Notes: generated from the letters alone by a model not told the origin. DNA of 38,380 nt from Acidobacteriota bacterium (GCA_050010475.1 JBEKKY010000001.1:1-38380); one strand, 5' to 3'; shown: positions 9,822-19,300, counted from the stretch's first letter. A program made the numbers and translations.

Positions 9822-11375
9822 TCAGTCAACTTGCTTCTGCTTTCCGCCGATGATGCTCCGCCCGCCCGGTGTGAAATATCGCTCGGCCAGGCGTGCCAGA
9901 CGCACGAATGGGAGGCCGATCAGAAAGTACATTGCGGCAGCCAGCAATCCAATTCCAAGATAGTCATAATGAATGCTGGCCAGCTCGCTGTAAGCTTTGG
10001 TCAGTTCCACCATCGTGATAACCGAAACAAGCGAAGAATCCTTGAGGAGAGCAATGAAATCATTGGTCACCGGCGGTATCACCATGCGAATGGCCTGCGG
10101 GATAATCACGTAACGCAAAGCCTGCATCTGTGTCATTCCAAGAGCCAGCGCGGCCTCCATCTGGGTCTTGGGAATTGACTGAATGCCGGCCCGATAATTT
10201 TCAGCCTCGTAGGCGCTGTAATTCAGAGCAAGGCCCAGAACCGCTGCAAGCATTGGGGACAGTCGGATTCCGATGTGGGGCAATCCATAGAAAATTAGAA
10301 AAAGCTGAACCAAAAGAGGAGTGCCGCGGATCAGTTCAATATAGGCAACAGCAAACGTGCGCAGGAATCTGGGCGCATAGAGGCGCGCCAACGCGATATT
10401 CAATCCTGCGAAGACGGCCAGAATCATCGACATGATCGACAGTTCCAGAGTGACCACAGCTCCCTTTGCCAGCAACGGCAGATAGCCCGCATACTGAACG
10501 ACCTTCTCCCATCCGGAATTTTTCTTCAGCCTGCTTTCCAGGTATGTGTCGTAGTCCGGATGCTGCTGATTTGGAGGACCTGCTTTACCCAGAATTCCAT
10601 TGCACACGGGTGTCCACAGGTTCCAGTTTTCGAGAATGCGCCTCAATTCGCCGGAAGCAATCATTTGAGTGAGCGCCGCATCTATTTCCTCCACAAGCTC
10701 GGCGTCGTCCTTGCGGACGGCGATTCCGTATTCAATGCGCCCCAGAGGCGGTCCTGTGATCCTCAGCCCGGGAATGGATGCGACGTTGTAGAGCCCGATG
10801 ATATAGTCCATCAATACGGCATCCACACGGCCGTTGAGAAGGTCTTCGTATGCATTGATCTGTCCGTCATAACTGAGAACTTGTAGATCGTTGCGTTCAT
10901 ACAGCATTCGCTCCGCCAGACTGGCCTTCAATGTGCCCACTTTTTTCCTGCTGCAGTCGTCGAGCGTGCGAATTCGGGATTCCTTCTTGCGTACGACCAG
11001 CTGTTCGTAGGTAACGTAGTAAGGGCGGCTGAAGCGTATGACGCGTGAACGGTCCGGCGTAATTTCGAGTCCCGAAACCACCATCCGGTAATTGCCGCGC
11101 TCCAGCCCGGGAATCAGCCCATCCCACTGATTCTGTACGAACTGGGTTGGGCGGCCCAGGATTCTGCCGATGGCATTTACAATGTCGACCTCAAATCCAA
11201 TGATCCGGCTCGGGTTTTGAGGATCCTGAAACTCGTAGGGAGCGCCTCCTTCCGCGTCGGCGCCCCAGGTTATTGGACTGCGCGAGGAGGTCTGAGCCGG
11301 CGCAAAAGCAGGCGCCGCGCAGAGAACAGCGCAAAAGGCCAGCAGGGAACTGCATTTTCGGATCAATGGTTGCAC
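9822..11375 (-). CDS. Polar amino acid ABC transporter, fused substrate-binding protein and permease
   Basis: Signal peptide, SBP_bac_3 features (APYEF, GFEVDI, FSRPYY), permease motifs RGTPLLVQL, AYEAENYRAGI, EAA, LLKDSSLVSVI. Confidence 0.93.
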   Translation of the reverse strand: MQPLIRKCSSLLAFCAVLCAAPAFAPAQTSSRSPITWGADAEGGAPYEFQDPQNPSRIIGFEVDIVNAIGRILGRPTQFVQNQWDGLIPGLERGNYRMVVSGLEITPDRSRVIRFSRPYYVTYEQLVVRKKESRIRTLDDCSRKKVGTLKASLAERMLYERNDLQVLSYDGQINAYEDLLNGRVDAVLMDYIIGLYNVASIPGLRITGPPLGRIEYGIAVRKDDAELVEEIDAALTQMIASGELRRILENWNLWTPVCNGILGKAGPPNQQHPDYDTYLESRLKKNSGWEKVVQYAGYLPLLAKGAVVTLELSIMSMILAVFAGLNIALARLYAPRFLRTFAVAYIELIRGTPLLVQLFLIFYGLPHIGIRLSPMLAAVLGLALNYSAYEAENYRAGIQSIPKTQMEAALALGMTQMQALRYVIIPQAIRMVIPPVTNDFIALLKDSSLVSVITMVELTKAYSELASIHYDYLGIGLLAAAMYFLIGLPFVRLARLAERYFTPGGRSIIGGKQKQVD

Positions 11376-11388
11376 GATGCTCTCAAAA

Positions 11389-12156
11389 TTACAGAAATCG
11401 CCGCAGAAACTGCCGTGTCCGGTTATCCAGAGGGTCGGAGAAGATTTTTCCCGCTGTGCCCTCTTCCACGATCACGCCGTCAGACATAAAAACTACTTTG
11501 TCCGCAGCATCCCGCGCAAAGCGCATCTCATGTGTGACAACGAGCTGAGTGATTCCCTCGGAATCGAGCTCCTTCATGACCTCAAGCACTTCATCCACGA
11601 GTGTTGGGTCCAGTGCGGAGGTCGGTTCATCATAAAGCAGAATTCTTGGCTTCATGGCCAGTGCTCGCGCAATAGCGGCGCGCTGTTGCTGTCCGCCGGA
11701 AAGCTGCGCTGGAAACAGGTTTCCCTTGTCCGCCAGTCCGACCTTTTTGAGCAACGCGAATGCTTGGACGCGAGCGTCGCTGCGGGGAATGCCCTTTACG
11801 ATCACGGGCGGAAAGGCGACATTGTCCAACGTCGACATGTGAGGAAACAAATTGAACGATTGAAACACCATCCCTACCATGGACCGAAGCTGATGCATCT
11901 TTCGCGGGTATGCGCGGGCGGCAGTGCGGCCACTTGCACTGTTTCCGTCCAGCGTAAGACCTGCAATGGAGATTCGGCCCTCGTCAAAGGTCTCAATCCC
12001 GTTCAAACATCTCAGCAGAGTCGATTTGCCGCATCCGGACGGACCGATGAGCACCGTCAGCTGATTGGAATCGATGCATAAATCAATTCCGCTCAGTACC
12101 GGATTTCCCTGAAAAGACTTCTTCAGGGCCTGAATTTCGACAAGGGGCTGTTTCAT
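11389..12156 (-). CDS. Polar amino acid ABC transporter ATP-binding protein (GlnQ-like)
   Basis: GPSGCGKS, VFQSFNLFPH, LSGGQQQR, DEPTSALDP, VTHEM. Start is ATG 12156 or TTG 12183. Confidence 0.95.
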   Translation of the reverse strand: MKQPLVEIQALKKSFQGNPVLSGIDLCIDSNQLTVLIGPSGCGKSTLLRCLNGIETFDEGRISIAGLTLDGNSASGRTAARAYPRKMHQLRSMVGMVFQSFNLFPHMSTLDNVAFPPVIVKGIPRSDARVQAFALLKKVGLADKGNLFPAQLSGGQQQRAAIARALAMKPRILLYDEPTSALDPTLVDEVLEVMKELDSEGITQLVVTHEMRFARDAADKVVFMSDGVIVEEGTAGKIFSDPLDNRTRQFLRRFL

Positions 12157-12210
12157 CAGGCCAATAGTGTTCCACGACCGCAAAGCAACTCACAAGGGTA
12201 AATTGAGTCT

Positions 12211-12284
12211 CAGGACGCAGGAGTCAGGATACCGGACATAGTGCAGGTGCAAGAATAATCGACACTTATCCTGCATCCTGTATC
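12211..12284. repeat. Degenerate heptamer inverted repeat (CAGGANN)n ... (ATCCTGY)n
   Basis: caggacg caggagt caggata ... tatcctg catcctg tatc. Confidence 0.6.
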
Positions 12285-12302
12285 GATATCAGCCTTCCGC
12301 TC

Positions 12303-12311
12303 TGATATAAT
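12303..12311 (+). promoter_or_regulatory. Consensus extended -10 (TGnTATAAT) with no adjacent gene
   Basis: TGATATAAT, about 800 nt upstream of the next + strand CDS. Confidence 0.4.
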
Positions 12312-12902
12312 GGACACGATCGCTCGCATCGCGGGCAAAGGGTGCATCGGTTTATAGGGAAACCATGCCAAAAAGTTGCCGAATCCCCATCTTCGGTGAA
12401 TTCGATTGAGAGTATGCGGGCGTAACACCATTTCATCTCTGCTGGACCGAAGGAATTGCGGGTAGATTCGCTAAGATTCGCCCCCGAAATTAGGTTTGAT
12501 GAGGATGCAGGGCAATCAGCGTCGATTTTGCTGATCAATCAGACGTGCGGGCAGATGGTGACCCGCCAAAGCGGAGGAATTTCGATCGCAGTGGGAGATT
12601 TCCGAAATTCGCGTGAATCTCAAGAAGCATGAGTTGCGGACCGGATTAATCCGGAGAGTATCGTGTGGAGTTGATGCGGTAATGGGAAGCGAAAGGGCGT
12701 AGCCCCCAACAGGGTTGCGCTGAACAATGATTCCCTGATGAGCTGAAATTGGCAGCCTCTCCAGTTTCGCGCGTTTTGTGAAAAGACGGAACAAAGGATA
12801 TTGCTGATTGCGCGGTTTTCCCTGGGAATCGATCGTGGGCGCCCGAGACAGGGATTCTTATTGTGGAATTGGGGCTTCCTCAGGATCCGGAGTAAATTCG
12901 TA

Positions 12903-12917
12903 CGGCACGAGCATTGA
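12903..12917 (+). promoter_or_regulatory. Possible sigma54 -24/-12 promoter (variant)
   Basis: CGGCACG-AGCA-TTGA versus consensus TGGCACG-N4-TTGC; 190 nt upstream of the hydantoinase-like gene. Confidence 0.3.
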
Positions 12918-13106
12918 GAAACTAGCATTGCTGCCTGGCGGGGCGTCCGCCTGTTCTTTCAGTGGCTTCAACGAGGCGATCCCAGAGATTTCCTGTACCA
13001 CTTGTCTCAAAAAGGTTCCGCAAAAGTTTTCCACTGAGATCTAAACAAAGTGCAAATTACTAATCAGGATTGGGAACAATCCCTCTGGAACAACGCTGGA
13101 GAACTT

Positions 13107-14483
13107 ATGACGACTTTAATAAAAAATGGGACCATCATCACAGCCACGGACATCTACAAAGCGGACCTCCTGGTAAAGAATGGAATGGTTTCCGAAATCG
13201 GAAGGGAAATTTCAAAAATTGCCAGCGAGATCATTGATGCGGCTGACAAGTGGGTTTTACCCGGCGGGGTGGACGTTCACACTCACATAGATGCGCAGTG
13301 CGACGGAATGACCACGGTAGATGACTTTGAAACAGGAACTGCCGCAGCGGCAGCGGGCGGAACAACTACCGTGGTCGATTACGCCGAGCAGGTTCCGGGT
13401 GCGACGCTCGCCCAGACACTTGAGGACTGGAAAACAAAAGCCGCTTCGCGCTCCATTGTAGATTATGGGTTTCACCTTGCCCTCTGTGAAGTGAACCAGG
13501 GTGTTCTGGCTGAAATTCCGGGTTTAGTAGAGTCAGGTGTCAGCAGCTTGCATGTCAGACTTGATGGGTGCGGCGAACGGCACATTAACGACGCGCAGCT
13601 GCTGGAATTTCTGCAGTGCACAACCAACGCGGGAGCTCTTGCCTGTCTTCATGCGGAGAATGGCGAAATCATCGATCTTTTTCTGCGCAGGCTTGCAGCG
13701 GAAGGGAAAACTTCTCCCAAGCACATCCCCACGGCCCGACCGCCCGAAGTGGAAGCCCAGGCGACCGCGCGCGCAATCAGTCTGGCTGAAATGGCAAAAG
13801 CGCCGATTTATCTCAGCAGCCTCTCCTCTGCTCACGCGATCGAAAAAGTTAAGGCGGCCCGAGACCGCGGACAGGTTGTATATGCGGAAACCTGTCCGCA
13901 GTACCTCGTATTGTCGAGCGAGCGCTACGAGGAATCCGAAGGGATCAAATATTATTGCACTCCTCCTCTGCGTCCTGCATGGCATGAGGATATCCTGTGG
14001 AAAGCCATTTCCAGCGGCGACATCCATACGGTCGCAAGCGACCATCGGGCGTTTAACTATGCGGGACAGAAAGACCAGGGGAAGGAGAATTTCACTCAAT
14101 CACCACGAGGATTTCCGGGAATTCAGGAACGCCTGTCTCTCCTCTGTTCTGCGGGGATCCATACGGGGAAGATCTCGGTGAACAGGCTGGTCGATCTTGC
14201 ATGCACGACACCGGCTAAACTATTCGGATTGTTTCCACGGAAGGGGACGCTGGCCGTCGGGAGCGATGCCGATATGGTCATTTTCGATCCAAAAGCCGAA
14301 CTGGTGATTTCGAAAAACATAGGTTTGTCGCGCTCGGACTACACTCCCTATGAGGGGATGAAAGTGCGGGGTGCGACCTGGCTGGTACTGCAGCGCGGAA
14401 GAGTGATAGCCCGCGAAGGGAAAGTAATGGGCCGTCCGGGAGGGGGCGAGTTCCTGTCCCGCTCCAAATTCACCGTGGTGTAG
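13107..14483 (+). CDS. Dihydropyrimidinase/hydantoinase-family amidohydrolase with a non-canonical active site
   Basis: PGGVDVHTH, AGGTTT, DYGFH, HAENG, ETCPQYL, PPLR, SDH, KGTLAVGSDAD; GGAG RBS. The Lys and one His ligand appear substituted. Confidence 0.88.
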   Translation: MTTLIKNGTIITATDIYKADLLVKNGMVSEIGREISKIASEIIDAADKWVLPGGVDVHTHIDAQCDGMTTVDDFETGTAAAAAGGTTTVVDYAEQVPGATLAQTLEDWKTKAASRSIVDYGFHLALCEVNQGVLAEIPGLVESGVSSLHVRLDGCGERHINDAQLLEFLQCTTNAGALACLHAENGEIIDLFLRRLAAEGKTSPKHIPTARPPEVEAQATARAISLAEMAKAPIYLSSLSSAHAIEKVKAARDRGQVVYAETCPQYLVLSSERYEESEGIKYYCTPPLRPAWHEDILWKAISSGDIHTVASDHRAFNYAGQKDQGKENFTQSPRGFPGIQERLSLLCSAGIHTGKISVNRLVDLACTTPAKLFGLFPRKGTLAVGSDADMVIFDPKAELVISKNIGLSRSDYTPYEGMKVRGATWLVLQRGRVIAREGKVMGRPGGGEFLSRSKFTVV

Positions 14484-14488
14484 TGAAT

Positions 14489-14554
14489 TGAAAAACGGTG
14501 ACAGCCACCGATGTCCCCGAATTCGGGGACATCGGTGGCTGTCACCGTTTTTCA
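14489..14554. repeat. Perfect 66-bp palindrome (REP/REPIN-like; probable terminator)
   Basis: tgaaaaacggtgacagccaccgatgtccccgaa|ttcggggacatcggtggctgtcaccgtttttca; no spacer, no mismatch. Confidence 0.97.
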
Positions 14555-14598
14555 CTGTCGTTGTTGATCCGTTCACGATATGTTATCGTGCTGGTCCG

Positions 14599-16413
14599 AT
14601 GAGAGAGTGTCCACAATGCGGTAACTCCTACCCGGATTCATTCGAGTTCTGCCCTGCGGATGGGTCGCCGGTCGGCGTCCAGGAGAATACGAAAAAGCAA
14701 GTCGCGCGAAAGCCGGCACAGATCCGGATTAAGGCCCTTGTGCTTGCGTTCGTGATCCTGGTGCTATGTTTGATCATGGCATTCACGGCGGCGTTCTTCT
14801 ACCAGTACTGGAAACCGAAATACGGAAGCCTGACGGTAAAAACCACGCCTCCAGGCGCATTTATTTTCATCGACGGCAAGTTGCGCGGGGCCTCTCCGAT
14901 CACTCTCTCGGATTTGCGCAGCGGTGGACACCAGCTGAAGGGGACCAAGGAGGGCTACAAAGAATTAGTCCAGCAGGTGACGATCATGCCCTATGCGACA
15001 GAAAACCTGCACTGGAACCTGGAGCCGATCGTACCGCAGTTGAGTAATGAGCAGTTGGCGGAAGTGGAAGCCTGGCGCAAGAAACTGGACAGCGCTCAAA
15101 AAGAAAACATACTCCTCCCTCCTCCAGAGGATTACAACGTTCTCTATTTTGCCGAAAAAATCCTGGCAATCGATCCGGCCAACAGCTATGCGATCGAAGC
15201 GAAGAGCAGATTAGGCGAAACTGTGCGAAATCTTGCGGAGCTTGCCTATGCGCAGGAAGACTGGCTCGAAGCGGAAAAGCAGTACAAAAACCTGGTCTTG
15301 CTGTTCCCGAACGATATCTCCGTCGGAGAACGTCTGGCCGACGTCGCAGCCAAACTCGATGCGAGCGTGAAAGACCGGGAGAAACAGATCCAGGATTGGA
15401 AGGCAAAGGCCGATGCTGCAATGAAGATCGGGAGCCTCGTGCCCCCGGAGAAGGATAATGCGCTCGATGCGATAAGGAGCATCCAGCGTCTGGATAGAAA
15501 CAACAGCTATGTGCGGGAGGCTTTCTCCCACTTGAAGGAATTGCTGCAGACTCGCGGAGACAGCAAAATAGCCACATCCGACTGGCAGAGCGCTCGGAAC
15601 GATTTTCGGCTCATGCTGCAGTATTTTCCCGAGGACACATACAGCAAGGGACGGCTGACGACGATTGAAGGCAAGATTGCGGAAATCGCCCAGCAGGATC
15701 AACAGCGTGCGCAGCGCGCGAATGAAGAACAGAAAACGCGCCAGAACATCGCTGCCTTGCGGCAGTCCGCCCTCTCTTCTTTTCGTGCCGGTTCCTACCA
15801 GGACTCGATTTCGAAATGGCAGGAATATCTGAAGATCGAGCCCAACAGCGATGAGGCGTATTTTTATATTGGCGCGAGTTATGAAAACCAGAAGCAACTG
15901 GATACGGCCATTTTGGATTTTGAGAAATGCATTTCTCTAAACCCCAATAACGTCCTCGCTCATGTCAACTTGGGAGTGCTCTACGATTATCATCGGAACA
16001 ACCTCAAACAGGCCGAAGAACATTTTCGCAAAGCGAAGGAGCTGGGCGGAGCGGAAAAATACAGTCCCGAGCGGCTTCAAGCGATGATTCAGGATATTCA
16101 GGACCGAGTTCAAGCCAGCTCTGTCGTGAATACACCCTTTGCTGTGGAGCACAAGCACGCATTTTCCAGTTGTCGGGGCACTATGCTATTCACAGAGGAC
16201 GGGATTGAGTTCAGAACGACAGAAACAGACCACAGCTTCTACGAATCCTATAAAGGACTGCGGGCTTTCGACCTCAAAGGGAGCGATCTCTTACTCAAGA
16301 CTCGCAGCAACAAAAAATACAATTTCCATTTCTTCAATGCGGAAGACGCAGCGCGCATACGGGCCTGGAGTTCATCGGCGCGCTTCATTCAACTCGGCAG
16401 CCACTTTGATTGA
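14599..16413 (+). CDS. Zinc-ribbon / TM / PEGA domain / TPR protein
   Basis: N-terminal CPQC..Y...CPADG, one TM helix, PEGA (GSLTVKTTPPGAFIFIDG...GY), several TPRs. TG-T-TATCGT -10 lies just upstream. Confidence 0.85.
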   Translation: MRECPQCGNSYPDSFEFCPADGSPVGVQENTKKQVARKPAQIRIKALVLAFVILVLCLIMAFTAAFFYQYWKPKYGSLTVKTTPPGAFIFIDGKLRGASPITLSDLRSGGHQLKGTKEGYKELVQQVTIMPYATENLHWNLEPIVPQLSNEQLAEVEAWRKKLDSAQKENILLPPPEDYNVLYFAEKILAIDPANSYAIEAKSRLGETVRNLAELAYAQEDWLEAEKQYKNLVLLFPNDISVGERLADVAAKLDASVKDREKQIQDWKAKADAAMKIGSLVPPEKDNALDAIRSIQRLDRNNSYVREAFSHLKELLQTRGDSKIATSDWQSARNDFRLMLQYFPEDTYSKGRLTTIEGKIAEIAQQDQQRAQRANEEQKTRQNIAALRQSALSSFRAGSYQDSISKWQEYLKIEPNSDEAYFYIGASYENQKQLDTAILDFEKCISLNPNNVLAHVNLGVLYDYHRNNLKQAEEHFRKAKELGGAEKYSPERLQAMIQDIQDRVQASSVVNTPFAVEHKHAFSSCRGTMLFTEDGIEFRTTETDHSFYESYKGLRAFDLKGSDLLLKTRSNKKYNFHFFNAEDAARIRAWSSSARFIQLGSHFD

Positions 16414-16437
16414 TCCTTGGCGCGTCCCCACGTTAAT

Positions 16438-18201
16438 CTACAGCTGTTTCTTATCGATGTAGCCGGAATCTGAAGCATTTGCAGGCGGATTTTTCCGATA
16501 ATCAATCCGGCTCTTGGGCTTTCGGAATATCCCGACAATGCCCAACGCCACAAAGCCGATGACAACCCCAGCTGCCAACGGGATGGGCTGCAGATACCCG
16601 CGGATTTGCCGCAAGAGATTGGAGGAAACAACCAAATGCTCCTGCTGAAGCAAGGAGATTTCCTTTGAATCCTTGTTGACCAGCCGGGCCGACAAAACAA
16701 GCCTGGAATCCTGCAAGCCCCTGTTCACAATGCTCCATCGCCATGAGGCACGATCGCGTTCGCCAATTTCACGAGTCGGCTTGTCCTGATCGGGTGTTAC
16801 CGTTATCGAATCAGTTCCGGAAAACAGATCGAGCCGGATTTTAAACCGCTCGCCGAATGAATGCAGTATGTGCCTCTCTTCCGGAGTCACCCGGACATAA
16901 TCAATGGATTCGGATGAGAAACTCGCCTGGCCGCTTTTGCTTCGGTCGCGATTCAGATAAACGGGGAGACTCCAGTCCAGTGAGCCCAGCAGCACGTTCT
17001 TCAAATAAACATCCGCCTTGCCGCGATAGACTCCACCCGCGGTGGATTCCTCTACGATGCGGGTGCGCAGAGCATTGACCGCCCGTGCGAAGGAATCGAG
17101 CTTTTCCTTCTCGTTTCCGAGATCGTAGTATCGCTTCGCCAGGGAATCGCCCTTGGATGTAAGATCCGAGATTTGGGTTTGCAGCTTGCGGTTGTCGGCC
17201 TTGAGTTCCTCATTATCTCCCACGAGATGAGCATTTGCCGCTTTCTGGGCCTGCAGATTCGTTTGCAGAGAGCTGATCTGGTTCGCGAAGGATTCGTTGT
17301 CACTCTGCAGTTTTTTCAAGGCATGGCCGAGATCCGCAATCTGCCCGGTCACATCATGGCTTGCGTCGATCCGGAGATTCAGAGATCGCTGGATTTTTGC
17401 CAGCTCATTCTGATATCCCTGGGCATTCCCCTTTGCATCCCGCACCGCCTCACCCAGCTTGGATATCTGTGACGTATAGTTCTCGAGATTGGCCTGCAAT
17501 GCGGAGTTATTGCTCTTCAGGCGAGACAGTTCGGCTTGCTGAGTGCGCGATTCGGTTTCGAGCTTCCTGTTCTCCGATTGAGATTGCGAGAGCTGCGCGG
17601 TGATCTCCTGTATTTTGTCCTTTAAGCTGTCAATTTCCCGCTGGGCATCCTGGTAGGCAGGCAAACGGGAAGCGATGTTCTTGAGCACGGCTTCCCGGCT
17701 GATCGATGCTGAACCGGAAATTTCCCCCACCGCGCGATCGAATTGCTCCTGGACAAAGCTGTCCTTCGCCTCGTCGATGTCTGTGTATTTGAGTCCTTCG
17801 GTCAAAACGGATCGTAGCGCCCGGTCGAATACTTCCCTGTTTGGAAAACTCTCCTGCAAGCTGCTGTCAAACTTGAATCCAAGCTCCACCAGGCCTGGTG
17901 TTGCGATACCTCCCATTTTGAATTTTATTTCCTCGCCGCTGAAATCGACAGCGAGGACTCGCAATTGATCTCCAACCTTGTACCTTGGCGTTCCCGAGCC
18001 CTGTTCCACACGGAAGCTCTGTCCGCTGATATAGATCATCTGCTTCTCCGCATAGATCGGAACCTTCAGAAACATGGCCTTATTTTCGTAATTCTTTTTG
18101 TACTGATCCTGGAACACTCGGGATACGCCGGCAAAACTCGACAATATGCTGGAGAGAATGAGAAGCACTAAACAGAGAACTCGGAATTCCCAGTTTTTCA
18201 T
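16438..18201 (-). CDS. Hypothetical exported long coiled-coil protein with C-terminal TM anchor
   Basis: Signal peptide after ATG 18201 (GAGGA RBS), about 200 aa of heptad-rich region, C-terminal hydrophobic helix and basic tail. Confidence 0.85.
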   Translation of the reverse strand: MKNWEFRVLCLVLLILSSILSSFAGVSRVFQDQYKKNYENKAMFLKVPIYAEKQMIYISGQSFRVEQGSGTPRYKVGDQLRVLAVDFSGEEIKFKMGGIATPGLVELGFKFDSSLQESFPNREVFDRALRSVLTEGLKYTDIDEAKDSFVQEQFDRAVGEISGSASISREAVLKNIASRLPAYQDAQREIDSLKDKIQEITAQLSQSQSENRKLETESRTQQAELSRLKSNNSALQANLENYTSQISKLGEAVRDAKGNAQGYQNELAKIQRSLNLRIDASHDVTGQIADLGHALKKLQSDNESFANQISSLQTNLQAQKAANAHLVGDNEELKADNRKLQTQISDLTSKGDSLAKRYYDLGNEKEKLDSFARAVNALRTRIVEESTAGGVYRGKADVYLKNVLLGSLDWSLPVYLNRDRSKSGQASFSSESIDYVRVTPEERHILHSFGERFKIRLDLFSGTDSITVTPDQDKPTREIGERDRASWRWSIVNRGLQDSRLVLSARLVNKDSKEISLLQQEHLVVSSNLLRQIRGYLQPIPLAAGVVIGFVALGIVGIFRKPKSRIDYRKNPPANASDSGYIDKKQL

Positions 18202-18230
18202 GGATATCCTCGGGCGCAATTTGAATCCGT

Positions 18231-18239
18231 ATGATACCA
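18231..18239 (-). promoter_or_regulatory. Extended -10 candidate for the coiled-coil gene
   Basis: TG-G-TATCAT on the minus strand, 30 nt upstream of ATG 18201. Confidence 0.4.
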
Positions 18240-18479
18240 CACCCGAGTGCGGCAACTTGCAGCTGCCTTCATCCGCTCTAGTGGTCTGTAACAATGGAAT
18301 TGATAGTAGATCCGTCACTTTCGCCCGGAGCGCCGGAGGCGGGATTTGTGCGGACATGCTCCTGAGTCCGTCCAAAGCAAAGACGGAAAAACCTTTCAAT
18401 CGTGCCGGTTTAGTTCTAAAGTGAAAGAGCGTATTGCGTTGAGAAGGCGATCAGCAGCATCTCAGATCGGGGTGATTCA

Positions 18480-19214
18480 TTGCAACTAGTGTATGGAGCT
18501 CGGAGCGACCAGGGGAAGGTGAGAACCTCGAACGAGGATTATTATGTTGCCGACGCCCGCAGCAAAATCTTCGTTGTGGCTGACGGTATGGGTGGACACG
18601 CCGCCGGAGAGATTGCCAGCCGAATGACCGCAGAAAAAGTTGCGGCGGTTTTGTCCGCCGGATCGACTGCCTCCAGCGCGGAAGATGTCCTGCTTCGCGC
18701 TGTCCAGGAAGCAAACACGAGCGTGCATGAAGCTCAGAAGATTCAGGCTGAATATCGAGGCATGGGCAGCACCTTGACCGTATTGACCTTCTCGATGAAC
18801 CGTTACTACATTGCCCAGGTTGGCGATTCGCGGGCATATCTCCTTAGAGACAATCTGCTGACTCAGCTCACACAGGATCATTCTTTGGTATGGCCATTGT
18901 ATAAGAGCGGCATTATCAGCAAGGATGACATCTCCCGGAACCCGCGCAAAAATCTTATCACCCGGTCAATCGGCACCCAACCCCAGGTTCAAGCCGATCT
19001 GCAAACTGGCCCCGTTCTTGAAGGAGACCTGTTTCTGCTTTGCTCGGACGGATTGACGGACGTGCTTTCGGACGACGATATATCCCGCATATTGTCGAAC
19101 GGAAGCAGGAATCCTCAGCACTTGAGCGACCTTCTGGTCAACGCCGCAAACTCAGGCGGAGGACCGGACAACGTGACTGCCGTAGTTGCCTACCTGGCGC
19201 CTGATTCCAATTGA
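18480..19214 (+). CDS. Stp1/PrpC-type PP2C Ser/Thr protein phosphatase
   Basis: SDQGKVRTSNED, VADGMGGHAAGE, GMGST, VGDSRAY, TQDHS, LCSDGL, GGPDNVT. Confidence 0.95.
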   Translation: MQLVYGARSDQGKVRTSNEDYYVADARSKIFVVADGMGGHAAGEIASRMTAEKVAAVLSAGSTASSAEDVLLRAVQEANTSVHEAQKIQAEYRGMGSTLTVLTFSMNRYYIAQVGDSRAYLLRDNLLTQLTQDHSLVWPLYKSGIISKDDISRNPRKNLITRSIGTQPQVQADLQTGPVLEGDLFLLCSDGLTDVLSDDDISRILSNGSRNPQHLSDLLVNAANSGGGPDNVTAVVAYLAPDSN

Positions 19215-19216
19215 TT

Positions 19217-19300
19217 AAAAAAGGGGACGCCACCCTATTTCGCCGTCAGCTTTGATCCAGCGAGACCCAACCGGCGAAATAGGGTGGCGTCCCCTTTTTT
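19217..19300. repeat. Perfect 29-bp inverted repeat with 26-nt loop (REP-like; bidirectional terminator shape)
   Basis: aaaaaaggggacgccaccctatttcgccg ... cggcgaaatagggtggcgtcccctttttt, directly after the PP2C stop. Confidence 0.95.

Noticed and set aside
9822-11375. Substrate-binding protein/permease fusion as a novelty
   Set aside because: This is a well-known GlnP-type architecture.
13029-13040. 12-mer TTCCACTGAGAT shared with 19389-19400
   Set aside because: Exact 12-mer matches are expected by chance in 38 kb.
12808-13044. 78-aa ORF and other short ORFs in the long intergenic gap
   Set aside because: Weak starts, no RBS and no recognisable similarity.
14488-14598. N-terminal extensions in the ORF track (also 1329, 8344, 18399, 27831, 35605)
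   Set aside because: They translate palindromes, repeats or neighbouring genes. Downstream starts have RBS or promoter support and match family N-termini.
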